64,000 bases of DNA from an uncultured Alphaproteobacteria bacterium (lineage in GTDB: Bacteria; Pseudomonadota; Alphaproteobacteria; Rhizobiales; Xanthobacteraceae), in the NCBI GenBank assembly GCA_963706975.1, contig CAVPOL010000057.1, forward strand, positions 76,499-140,498. The letters are read 5' to 3'. This document shows positions 54,022-64,000 of the stretch, piece by piece (position 1 is the first letter of the stretch; each line of letters begins with the position of its first letter). A program made the translations under genes and the position numbers. A model generated the notes under the pieces. The model made no database searches, was not told where the DNA came from, and was given only the letters and a program-made list of their open reading frames with translations.

Positions 54022-54537
54022 TCAAATTCTGCGGCTATCGTATGCCCAATGCAGAAGAGCCTGCCGCTGCCGTTTTCGACACAGCAGGTCACCCGGTTCA
54101 CAATGTCGCTTGATCTGGGCAACATGCCGCCGCATGGCCTTCCAGCGCGCGATCTGCCGCTGATCCTCTGGCGGCAGACGGCGGCCCATGTAGTAGCGGC
54201 AATACCACTGAAACCATCCGCGGGGGTCATCGGGGTGGATCCATCCCTTGCTCCGCCAGGCCGACAACGGCTGGCTGGCGTCCACGCCGAAGTAGTTTAG
54301 CGAGCAGTCGCGCCGCGCCGGCGAGAGCCGAGCGCCTGCAAACCAGCTTGCGGGAAATTCGCCGCGACAATCGGTCATGTACTTGCCGCCGAATACTCCG
54401 AGAGCGAGCATTTGCCTGGGCGTGAGTTCAGGATCGAATTCCGAATCGAAGCTTCGTCTCACTGGAGCCGCAAGCGCGTATACATAGCCGCGCTGCATCC
54501 GATCGTTTACAACCACAGTCCTTGATTTTTTTGTCAT
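54022..54537 (-). CDS. Conserved hypothetical Trp/Arg-rich protein
   Basis: LTPRQMLALGVFGGKY, DPRGWFQWYCRYYMGRR, RQALLHWAYD. Confidence 0.75.
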   Translation of the reverse strand: MTKKSRTVVVNDRMQRGYVYALAAPVRRSFDSEFDPELTPRQMLALGVFGGKYMTDCRGEFPASWFAGARLSPARRDCSLNYFGVDASQPLSAWRSKGWIHPDDPRGWFQWYCRYYMGRRLPPEDQRQIARWKAMRRHVAQIKRHCEPGDLLCRKRQRQALLHWAYDSRRI

Positions 54538-54757
54538 GCCCAGGCCGCCCAGCTAAGTGCCCGCATCACATGGAGAATGCCGGCGGCACGACCGTGACCT
54601 GCGATTTCCCATGCGCCCGACCGCCGGGGTCGCTATCCGCCACGACAGTACCCTCACCCGTCACGAACGAACTGCGCCCATTCGTGCCACTCCAGAAACA
54701 ACTTCCGTTCGTCCCGGCTCCGGGAGAGGCGAAGGAAGGGTCGCGTCCGGTGCTTTG

Positions 54758-54964
54758 CTAGCCGAGTTCGATCTCTTCGGTGATCTCGTGGGTCAGGCTG
54801 ACGCCGCCCAGCGTCAGCACCATTTTGGCCGGCAGCTTTTCGTGGCCCTTGAGTTTGCCGCTGGCGATCGCCTCGCGCACCGCTTTTTCGATCTCGCGCT
54901 GCGAGGTGATGCCGACCTTCTTGAGAAAGCCGCGCAGGCTGGTGTTGAATTTGTCCTCGTTCAT
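54758..54964 (-). CDS. DUF6494-like small protein
   Basis: MNEDKFNTSLRGFLKKVGITSQREIEKAVRE; AGGAG RBS. Confidence 0.75.
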   Translation of the reverse strand: MNEDKFNTSLRGFLKKVGITSQREIEKAVREAIASGKLKGHEKLPAKMVLTLGGVSLTHEITEEIELG

Positions 54965-54980
54965 GATGGTCTCTCCTGAT

Positions 54981-55250
54981 TCATGGCCGTGTCGGATTAT
55001 TGAGCATCTGCTCGGCGAGATTTCGCTGGGCGCGGTCGGTGCGCGCGTTGGCATTGCCGCGCTGGACGTCGCGGTTCTTGCGGCAATTGACATATTCGTT
55101 CGAACCCACCGCGACATTGTTGGCGCGGCAGAAGGCGTCATCGTCGGCCGTGGTGTCGACCATGGTCGGCTGGCCCCGTTCGAGGCAGCCGGCGAGCAGC
55201 GGGGCGATGAGCAGGAGGGCGAAGCCAAATTGTGCGGAGGTACGTCGCAT
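54981..55250 (-). CDS. Small lipoprotein
   Basis: Lipobox LAGC; DDDAFC...YVNCR. Confidence 0.7.
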   Translation of the reverse strand: MRRTSAQFGFALLLIAPLLAGCLERGQPTMVDTTADDDAFCRANNVAVGSNEYVNCRKNRDVQRGNANARTDRAQRNLAEQMLNNPTRP

Positions 55251-55271
55251 GTTCCATCCAATATCCCGTTT

Positions 55272-55474
55272 CGTCATTGCCGGGCTTGACCCGGCAATCC
55301 ATCGAAAACAAGGCAGTTGCTTGCTCGGAAGAGGAAAAAGGTCCCTCTCCCTCAGCCGTCATTGCGAGCGCAGCGAAGCAATCCATTCTTTCTTCGATTG
55401 GTTAGATCGGATTGCTTCTGCGAGCCAGCCTGTCGATCGGGCGCGTTTGCGCGACCCGTTGGCTCGCAATGACG
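55272..55474. repeat. Cluster of REP-like palindromes (two types)
   Basis: gtcattgccgggcttgacccggcaatcc and gtcattgcgagcgcagcgaagcaatcc...gctcgcaatgac. Confidence 0.8.
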
Positions 55475-55484
55475 CCGTAGACGC

Positions 55485-57397
55485 TCACACCCTGCCCTTC
55501 AGCGCGCCCTCGATCTCCTCCAGCACCTTGGGGTCCTCGATCGTGGCGGGCATCGACCAGCTATCGCCGTCGGCGATCTTCTTGATGGTGCCGCGGAGAA
55601 TTTTCCCCGAGCGCGTCTTCGGCAGCCGGCCGACGGTGATTGCGAGCTTGAACGCGGCGACCGGGCCGAGCTTTTCCCGCACCAGCGCCACGATCTCCTT
55701 TTCGATCTCGGCGTGCGTACGGACTACGCCCGCCTTCAACACCAGGAAGCCGCAGGGCACTTCGCCCTTGATGGTGTCCTTGATGCCGAGCACCGCGCAT
55801 TCGGCGACGTCGGGATGGCTGGCGAGAATCTCCTCCATGCCGCCGGTGGAGAGCCGGTGGCCGGCGACATTGATGATGTCGTCGGTGCGGCCCATCACGA
55901 AGACATAGCCGTCCTCGTCCCGGTAGCCGGCATCGGAGGTTTTGTAATAGCCCGGGAATTCATTGAAGTAGGCTTCCTTGCAGCGCTCGTCCTGCTCCCA
56001 CAGCGTCGGCAGGCAGCCCGGCGGCATCGGCAGTTTGATGACGATCGAGCCCATGGCGCCCGCAGGCAGCGGTTTTGACGCCTCGTCGACCACCTCGACC
56101 TGATAGCCCGGCATCGGCACCGTCGGCGAGCCGTGTTTGACCGGCAGCATGCCGAGGCCGACCGGATTGCCGGCGATGCACCAGCCGGTTTCGGTCTGCC
56201 ACCAGTGGTCGATGACAGGCACCTTCAATTGCTTTTCCGCCCAGTCCACCGTCGGCGGATCGGCGCGCTCGCCGGCCAGGAACAGGGTGCGGAATTTCGT
56301 CAGGTCATATTGCCGGATGAATTTTCCGTCCGGGTCTTCCTTCTTGATGGCGCGGAAGGCGGTCGGCGCGGTGAACAGCGCCACCGCGCCGTGCTCGCGA
56401 GATCACCCGCCAGAACGCGCCGGCATCGGGCGTGCCGATCGGCTTGCCCTCATACATGATCGAGGTCGCGCCATGCAGCAGCGGGCCATAGATGATGTAG
56501 CTGTGGCCGACCACCCAGCCGATGTCGGAGCCGCACCACCAGACCTCGCCGGGCTTGACCCCGTAGAGATTGAACATCGACCATTTCAGCGCCACCAGAT
56601 GCCCGCCATTGTCGCGCACCACGCCCTTGGGTTTTCCGGTCGTGCCCGACGTATAGAGAATGTAGAGCGGATCGGTCGCCAGCACCGGCACGCAGCCGGC
56701 GGATTTTTTCGCCGCAATGGCTTTGGCGCGCAGCTCGGCCCAGTCGTGGTCGCGGCCGGCGACGAGATCGCAGCCCTGCTGCGGCCGTTGCAGGATGATG
56801 CAGGCGGACGGTTTTGACGCTGGAGAGTTTGATCGCCTCGTCGAGCAGCGGCTTGTACTGCACGATGCGGCCGGGCTCGAGCCCGCAACTCGCCGAAAAG
56901 ATCAGTTTTGGCTTGGCGTCCTCGATCCGGGTCGCCAGCTCCTTGGCGGCAAAGCCGCCGAACACCACTGAGTGCACCGCGCCGATCCGCGCGCAGGCCA
57001 GCATCGCCACCACGGCTTCCGGCACCATCGGCATATAGAGAATGACGCGGTCGCCTTTGGTCACGCCAAAATCCTGCATGATGGCGGCGAGCGTCTGCAC
57101 CTCGCGCAGCATCTCGGCATAGGTGAATTTGGTGACGGTGCCCGCCAGCGGCGAATCGTGGATCAGCGCGACCTGGTCGGCGCGCCCATTGGCGACATGG
57201 CGGTCGAGCGCGTTGTAGCAGGTGTTGACCACGGCGCCGGCGAACCAGCGGCCGTAGAGGCCCATGGAGGGGTCGAAGATCTTTTTCGCCGGCTCGATCC
57301 AGTCGATCTCGCGCGCCGCCTCGCCCCAAAACCCCTCGGGGTCGCGGATCGAGCGGGCATGGACCTCGTGATAGCGGCTGGCGTTCTGGATGTTCAT
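55485..57397 (-). CDS. prpE: Propionyl-CoA synthetase (frameshifts near 56815 and 56395)
   Basis: LYTSGTTGKPKG, DHWWQTETG, GRTDDIINVAGHRLSTG, LPKTRSGKILR. Confidence 0.88.
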
Positions 57398-57421
57398 GGC
57401 GTCGCTCCCCGCTCTCGTGCT

Positions 57422-57508
57422 CGTCATGCCCGGGCTTGACCCGGCATCCACGTCTTGCGCTCAAGGAAGGCAAGACGTGGATGGCCGGGCACAAGGCCGG
57501 CCATGACG
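57422..57508. repeat. REP-like palindrome pair
   Basis: gtcatgcccgggcttgacccggcatccacgtctt / aagacgtggatggccgggcacaaggccggccatgac. Confidence 0.8.
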
Positions 57509-57626
57509 GATGCGAATTCGATCCATTGTTCTCGGCCGTCATTGTCACGGGTCGAGCGGCCAATTCAAGGACTGTTCGGCCGCGGGCTACTCGGCGACTT
57601 TATCGCCGGCCGACTGTTCCAGCCGG

Positions 57627-58400
57627 CTAGTAGCCGTCGGCGCCCACGATTTGCCGCAGCCGGTCCTTCATGGCGTTGCGCAGATCATAACCCGGCCGGC
57701 CGAACTGCGCGTTGCGGCGGGCGATGAACGCCTGCTGCGCGCGCTGCAGCTCGCGGACGATGCGGGCGTTCACACCCATGTTGTCGCGGATCACCTGGAT
57801 GTTCATCGCATCGATCTCGCGATCGAGATCGGCAAGCTCGGGATCGGCGCAGATCGCCTTCTCCACCGCGCGGCGGGCGGCAGCACAATTGAAGCTCGGC
57901 TTGCCGGCGACCGCCATCCGCGCGCCCAGCCGCTCCAGCTCCTGCGCCAGCGATTTGTAACTGCTTTTTGCGGACGGGTGATCCGGGTTGAGTTTGATCG
58001 CAGCACCAAAATCGGCCAGCGCGCGCGGCCGGTCGCCCTTTTGCGCCAGAGCTCACCGCGCAGATTGAAGATATCGGCCAGCGCCGGATCGAGCCGCAGT
58101 ACCGCGTCGTAGTCGGAGATGGCGCTGTCGAGCATGTCCTTGCCCTGATAGGCGCCGCCGCGCGCCACCAGCGCCTTGATGCGGTCGGGTTTTGCCGCCC
58201 TGGCGTTGTCGATCAGCGCGCCGCAGACCGTGACGATATTGTCGAAATCATTGGCCGACGCCGCGGCGAGGCAGGCGCGGGATCGGCTTGCGGATCGGCC
58301 GACGGTTCGGCGCCGGTGGCGCAGGCGGCACCGGGCGATACCGCCGACAGCACGGCAGCAACGGCCACGTTGCGGATCAGGACGGCAGCACAAACGCGCA
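57627..58400 (-). CDS. TPR + LprI-like domain exported protein (frameshifted; start uncertain)
   Basis: AISDYDAVLRLDP TPR; PSFNCAAARRAVEKAICADPELADLD. Confidence 0.7.
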
Positions 58401-58584
58401 TCGATCTTCCCGGCGAACAGACTTCCATATGGGAGGCATCCCCGGGGGGCAATAGCGCCCGAAATCGGACTGCGGCGGATTGGCGCGTTGATTGACATTC
58501 CGCTGGCATACCCTATGCAGCATTTTTTTCGTGAACCAAATGCCGGTCTCGAAGACCCACTACCCGCAAGGAGACTTTTCACGC

Positions 58585-59352
58585 ATGACGACATTGATCG
58601 ACCGCACTTCCGCGCGGGTTACCGCGCCATCCGCCACACAATATTTTTACTTCTACATGGCGCTGGCGTGCACGGCGGTGGCCTTCCTCGGCTTCGCGCC
58701 GACCTACTTTGTGCCGGTGGCGCGCGGATCGTTCCCGCCGCCGGTGATCCATTTTCAGGCCTGCTGTTCTTCGCCTGGTCGCTGTATTTTTTGTTCCAGA
58801 CCTGGCTCGCTGCCTCCGGACAGGTCACGCGGCATCGCACCACCGGCATGATCGGGGTGTCGCTGGCGACCGCGATGACGATCTTCGGCTTTCTCGCCGC
58901 CGTCAACTCGATGCAGCGCGCCGCCGCACTCGGCCTCAAGAGACGAGGGCATCGCTTTTGCGATCGTCCCGCTCAGCGGCATCTTGTTCTTCGCGGTGGT
59001 GTTCGTCCTCGCCGTCGCCGCCGTGCGCCGGCCCGAAACCCACAAGCGGTTGATGCTGCTGGCCGGCATCTCGATCCTGGACGCCGCCGTGGCGCGCTGG
59101 TTTCTGACCTTCCTGGCGCCGCCTGGACCGCCCGGCCCGCCGCCGGTCCCGGTCACCATCCCGCCCGCCCTGGTCGCCGCGCTGCTGCTGGTGGCCGCGA
59201 TTATCTTCGATTGGCGCACGCGCGGACGTCCGCACCCCGTCTATGTCCATGGCGGCCTGGCGCTCGTGGCGGTCAAGCTGTTGAACTGGCCGATCAGCAC
59301 GACGGCGGCATGGCATGCCTTCGCAGGCGGCATACTGGCGCTCGCGCAGTAG
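58585..59352 (+). CDS. Multi-TM hypothetical membrane protein (frameshifted)
   Basis: FLGFAPTY, HRTTG, PETHKRLMLLA, DWRTRGRPHPVY; AAGGAG RBS. Confidence 0.7.
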
Positions 59353-59422
59353 CGAACAGTCTGCCGTTATTCCGGGGCGCGCGAAAGCGCGAACCCGGAA
59401 TGACGACATCGAAAAATCGGAA

Positions 59423-60231
59423 TCAACTCCCCGCCTTCACCGTGATTCCGCCATCGACGATCAATTCCAGCCCGGTGACGTATTTCGATTCGTCGGACGC
59501 GAGATACAGCGCGGCATTGGCGACATCCCAGGCGTCGCCCATGTGTCCCATCGGCACCTGGGCGTCGCGCGCGCGCCACATCGCCTCGACGTCGCCGGCG
59601 GCGTAGCTCGAGGCAAGGCCGGCGGAATGCTCCACCATCGGGGTCTTCATCAGGCCCGGAAGAATCGCGTTGACCCGGACATGTTTCGCGGGCGAATTCG
59701 ACCGCCGTCGTTTTGGTCAGCATGTTCATCGCGGCCTTGGACGTGCCGTAGCTGACATAGGAAATGCCGAGATGGCGGATCGAGGCGATCGAGGAGATGT
59801 TGATGATCGAGCCGCCGCCCTGCCTCGGCCATCACGGGAATGACGTGCTTCATGGCGAGGAACGCGCTCTTCAGATTGACCGCGAAGACGCGGTCCCATT
59901 CGGCTTCCGTCACCTCGACCACGCTGCCCATCTCGGCGATGCCGACATTGTTGTCGAGCACGTCGATGCGGCCATAGGTTTTCAGGGCTGCCGCGACCAT
60001 CGCCTCGACATCGGCGGCGCGCGAGACATCGGCGGTGAACGCGACCGCCGTGCCGCCCTCGCCCGTGATGATGTCGACGGTTTCCTGCGCCGCCGCACCA
60101 TTGCGGTCGACGCAAAACACCTGCGCGCCCTCGCGCGCAAAGGTCACCGCGGTGGCCTTGCCGTTGCCCCAGCCCGGGCCGATCGAACCGGCGCCGACCA
60201 CGACAGCCGTCTTGCCCTTGAGCCGTTGCAT
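59423..60231 (-). CDS. SDR-family oxidoreductase (frameshifted)
   Basis: GAGSIGPGWGNG, NNVG, SYGTSKAA, YVTGLELIVDGG. Confidence 0.85.
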
Positions 60232-60298
60232 CGACCTCGCTCCCGTTTTGTTATCGTTGATGCTCTTGTAGCCCAGATGGAGCGAAGCGCAATCCAGG

Positions 60299-60670
60299 CT
60301 ACGGGCACGCGCTCATCGTTGTGACATTTGCCCCGACCGGGTGCCCGAAAATCTCCGACAACGGCTGGCACTTTCCATCGCTGCAAAACCGCCATTCGCC
60401 GGCGGCGCCGGAATTGCCGAGCACGACTTGAGGCATGGTTGCGCGCGCGGGTTGCCACTGAAACCAGCCGTCGACCAGCCGCGCTTCCGGCGGCGGCTCC
60501 ATGCCGGCGCCAAAACCCTTGACCCGCGCCTGCACCAGTTCGAGTCCCTGCGGCGTGACGCGCCAGTCTTCCTGCCATTCGACCTTTTCGATCGAGTGGG
60601 TCCATGCCAGCGTGAACGCCGCGATCGACAGCGTTTTTGCGATGCCGGCGGAGGCGAGGCAGAGGCTCAA
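60299..60670 (-). CDS. DUF1850-family protein
   Basis: FTLAWTHSIEKVEWQEDW, GAGMEPP; overlaps the TRAP permease stop. Confidence 0.8.
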   Translation of the reverse strand: MSLCLASAGIAKTLSIAAFTLAWTHSIEKVEWQEDWRVTPQGLELVQARVKGFGAGMEPPPEARLVDGWFQWQPARATMPQVVLGNSGAAGEWRFCSDGKCQPLSEIFGHPVGANVTTMSACP

Positions 60671-62775
60671 GCGGCCGCCACCGCGCCGCGCGCGCGCTGC
60701 CGCCATTGCCAGAGCACGACCAAAACCGTCAGCGCGAAGCCGGCGGTGTCACTGAACCTGAACTCGCCGAGCAGGCACAACGCCGCGGCAAAGGCGACGA
60801 GGCGTTCGAGCAGCGTCAGCCGCGTGAACAAAAAGCCGATCGCGACCAGACCGAACAGGCCGATCGCGACCAGTGCCTTGAAGGTCGCAAACGCCACCGC
60901 GCCATAAAATCCGAGTTGCGCTTCCATCGGGTCGCCGCCCTGCAGCATCAGGGCCGGCGAATAGACGAAGATGAAGGGAATGACGTAGCCGGCCAGCGCG
61001 ATGCGCATCGCCTCCCAGCCGATCTTGTCGGGATTTTCCTTCGCGATCGGTGCGGCCGCCAGAGCCGCCAGCGCCACCGGCGGCGAGAGGTCGGCCATGA
61101 TGCCGTAGTAGAACGCGAACATGTGGCTGGCGATCAGGGGCACGCCGAGCTTTGCCAGTGCCGGTGCCGCGAGCGCCGCCGTGATGATGTAGGTCGGGAT
61201 CGGTCGGGATGCCGGTGCCGAGCAGGATCGACAGCAGCATGGTCATGACCAGCGCCAGGAACAGGCTCTTGGCGCCGAGCCCGATGATCCAGCTGCCGAA
61301 GATGGTGCCGACGCCGGTCTGCGTCATCATGCCGATGATGGTGCCGACGATGGCGCAGGCCATGCCGACGGTCAGCGCCGACTTGGCGCTGTCGGCGAGC
61401 GAGTTCCGGCAGGCCGCCAGGCCGCCCGGCCGCCGCGGGTGACCGGCGATATCAGCACCAGCACGCCGACGATGCCGGCCACCGTGCAAGATCTCGAGCC
61501 CGTTGCGCGAAAGCGCCGCGGTAACCAGCGCAAGGCCGATCCAGAAGATATAGCGCAGCGCATTCGAGGAAAGGCCGAGCGCGATGCTGGCGCCGAGGAT
61601 CAGCGCCACCGTCAGCGCGAGGCCGATGCTGCCGGCATAGAGCGGCGTAAAGCCTTCGAACAGCATGTAGACCAGGGCTGCGAGCGGCAGCACGAGGTAC
61701 CAGCGCGCCACCAGCGCCTTCCAGGCGCTCGGGGTTTCCGATTTCTTCATGCCGACCAGGCCGTGCTTGCCGGCTTCGAGATGCACCATCCAGAACGCGG
61801 AGGCGAAATACAGGATCGCCGGGATCACCGCCGCCTTGACGATCTCCGCATAGGGCACGCCGAGCGTCTCCGCCATGATGAAGGCGACCGCGCCCATCAC
61901 CGGCGGCATGATCTGTCCGCCCATCGAGGCGGTGGCCTCGACGCCGGCGGCAAAGGCGCGGCGATAGCCGAACTTGATCATCAGCGGAATCGTGAACTGG
62001 CCGACGGTGACGACATTGGCGACGCCGGAGCCGGAGATCGTGCCCATCATGCCGGAGGCGAACACCGCGACCTTGGCCGGACCGCCGCGGGTGCGGCCGA
62101 ACAGGCCGAGCGAGACGTCGGTGAACAGCTGGATCATGCCGGCGCGTTCAGGAACGAGCCAAACAGGATGAACAGGAAGATGTAGGTGGCGGAGACGTAG
62201 ATCGGCACGCCATAAAACCCTTCGGTGCCGAAGGAGAGATGGCTGATGACCTGATCGAAGTCATAGCCGCGATGGTTGAGCGGCGCCGGCAGATACTGGC
62301 CGAAGAACCAGTACAGAAGGCAGGCGCCGCACATCAGCGGCAGCGCCAGCCCCATCAGCCGCCGCGTGCCCTCGAAGATCAGGACCGCCAGCAGCGTCCC
62401 GACCGCGAGATCGAGCCTCGTCGGATCGCCGTCGCGCGCGATCAGGTCGGCATAGAATATCCAATGGTAGAGACCGCAGGCAAATCCGGCGCCCCCGATC
62501 AACCAGCCCAGCGCGCGGCCGAAATCGCTTTTGGCGGTGAAATTGCCGATCAGGCCGAAGGTCATCAGGATCAGGAAGCCGACGTGAACGCCGCGCACCA
62601 CCTGGCTCGGCAGCACGTTCCAGGCCGCGATCACCAGCTGAAAAACCGCGAACCCGATCCCGACCGCATAGGCCAGATGTCCCCAGCCGCGGGGGCCAAA
62701 ACCTTCCGGAAAGCCGTGCTCGAAATTGTCGAATTCGACCTTGACGGGCCGTTCGGCATGCTCGACCTGCAGCAT
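60667..62775 (-). CDS. TAXI-TRAP fused 4TM/12TM permease (several frameshifts)
   Basis: GGPAKVAV, EATASMGGQIMPPVMG, ADLSPPVALAA. Confidence 0.9.
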
Positions 62776-62834
62776 GATTGTCAGTTCCCACACCCCAAAT
62801 CGTCATGCGCCATCACTGGCACATCGCCAAACTG

Positions 62835-62965
62835 GTCATGGCCGGGCTTGACCCGGCCATCCATCAAAAAATGAAGCTCATTGGAAGAAAAAACTCACTC
62901 GAAGAAGGATGGATGGCCGGGTCGCCTGCGCGAAGACGCGCTTCGCGCTTTTGCCCGGCCATGAC
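62835..62965. repeat. REP-like palindrome pair
   Basis: gtcatggccgggcttgacccggccatccatc / gatggatggccgggtc...cccggccatgac. Confidence 0.8.
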
Positions 62966-62973
62966 ATCGGGAG

Positions 62974-63921
62974 TCACTTTATCACGCCCTTTTCCCTGTA
63001 ATAGCGGATCGCGCCCGGGTGCAGCGGCACCGGGCTGCCGGTGGCCGCGGTCTCGAGCTTGATCTCCTTGCCGGCGACATGCGAATTCGCGAGTTCCGGC
63101 AGCAATTCGAAGATCAGCCTTGTCATCTGGTAGGCGAGATCGTCCGACACCGCCGTACTGGTGACGAGATAATTGATCACCGCCGCGGTCGGGACGTCCT
63201 TGTCCTGGCCGGTATAGGTGTTGGCGGGAATCATCGCCGGCACGAAGGGCGGGCCGATCCTGTCGACCACGGTTTTGGGCACCGACACCACCGATATCTC
63301 GGTCGAAGTGGAGAGATCCTTCAGCGAGGCGACCCCGAGGCCGGCCGATTGCAGCGTTGCGTTCAGCTGGCGGTTCTTCATCAGGTCGACCGATTCGGCG
63401 AACGGCAGATATTCGACCTTGCCGAGGTCCCTGTAGGTCAGCCCGGCGGCGGCGAGGATGGCGCGCGAATTGAGCTCGGTGCCAGACTTCGGCGCGCCGA
63501 CCGACAGGCTCTTGCCCTTGAGGTCGGCCAGCGTCCTGATGCCGCTCTCGGCGGTGGCGACGATCTGGATGTAGTTCGGATAGATCGCGCCGATGGTGCG
63601 CAGCTTGTCCAGCCTGAACTTGAAGCCGGCTTCCTCGTCGCCGTCCCAGGCGGCCTTCAGGGAATCGCCGAGCGTGAACGCAATCTCGCCGCCGCCCCTC
63701 TGCAGCAGCACCAGGTTCTCGACCGACGCCTTGGTGGCCTGCACCTGGGTCTTCACACCCGGGATCCTGTCGCCGAAAATCTTTCCGATGGCGACGCCGA
63801 GCGGGTAGTAGACGCCGGAGGTACCGCCGGTCAGAACGTTGATGAATTGCTGGGCATGGGCCGATGGGGCCGACACAATGGCTGAGACCGCGATGGCGGC
63901 GGCAATAAGCATCGAATGCAT
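62974..63921 (-). CDS. TAXI-family TRAP solute-binding protein
   Basis: TGGTSGVYYPLG, ASVEN, GAPKSGTE, VPLHPGAIRYY. Confidence 0.92.
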   Translation of the reverse strand: MHSMLIAAAIAVSAIVSAPSAHAQQFINVLTGGTSGVYYPLGVAIGKIFGDRIPGVKTQVQATKASVENLVLLQRGGGEIAFTLGDSLKAAWDGDEEAGFKFRLDKLRTIGAIYPNYIQIVATAESGIRTLADLKGKSLSVGAPKSGTELNSRAILAAAGLTYRDLGKVEYLPFAESVDLMKNRQLNATLQSAGLGVASLKDLSTSTEISVVSVPKTVVDRIGPPFVPAMIPANTYTGQDKDVPTAAVINYLVTSTAVSDDLAYQMTRLIFELLPELANSHVAGKEIKLETAATGSPVPLHPGAIRYYREKGVIK

Positions 63922-64000
63922 TGGAATTGATTCCCGTAATAATGGTCGGGAAAGTGGACTCAGCATGGCCCCTGGTCAACCCGCCTTCGTGCAGGTGCGG

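Overview
GC-rich alphaproteobacterial chromosome segment. Gene content, REP-type palindromes and paralog types point to Bradyrhizobium/Nitrobacteraceae (inference). It holds about 65 genes, mostly housekeeping or metabolic (dsbA/dsbB-like, actP, ndvA, dac, fadD-like, peroxiredoxin, rnhA-thrB-ispH, DUF1013/trcR, prpE, TAXI-TRAP), one tRNA-Leu(CAA), one complete IS481-family element inserted into a REP palindrome, many REP-like hairpins, and a ~650-bp highly structured non-coding element. About a third of the genes carry single-base frameshifts, including normally essential ispH, so most interruptions are probably uncorrected long-read indels, not pseudogenes. Best leads: (1) the structured non-coding element at ~7.04-7.69 kb; (2) the DUF485-actP-cNMP/CBS/nucleotidyltransferase-DEDDh exonuclease operon behind an FNR/FixK box; (3) a WGR-like domain fused to a non-canonical class III cyclase; (4) a MerR-regulated Cys-rich membrane fusion gene; (5) a KaiC-like ATPase/pseudo-receiver kinase/lipid kinase cassette; (6) a Mur ligase with a rewritten substrate motif. 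All calls are from motif recognition only; no searches were run.
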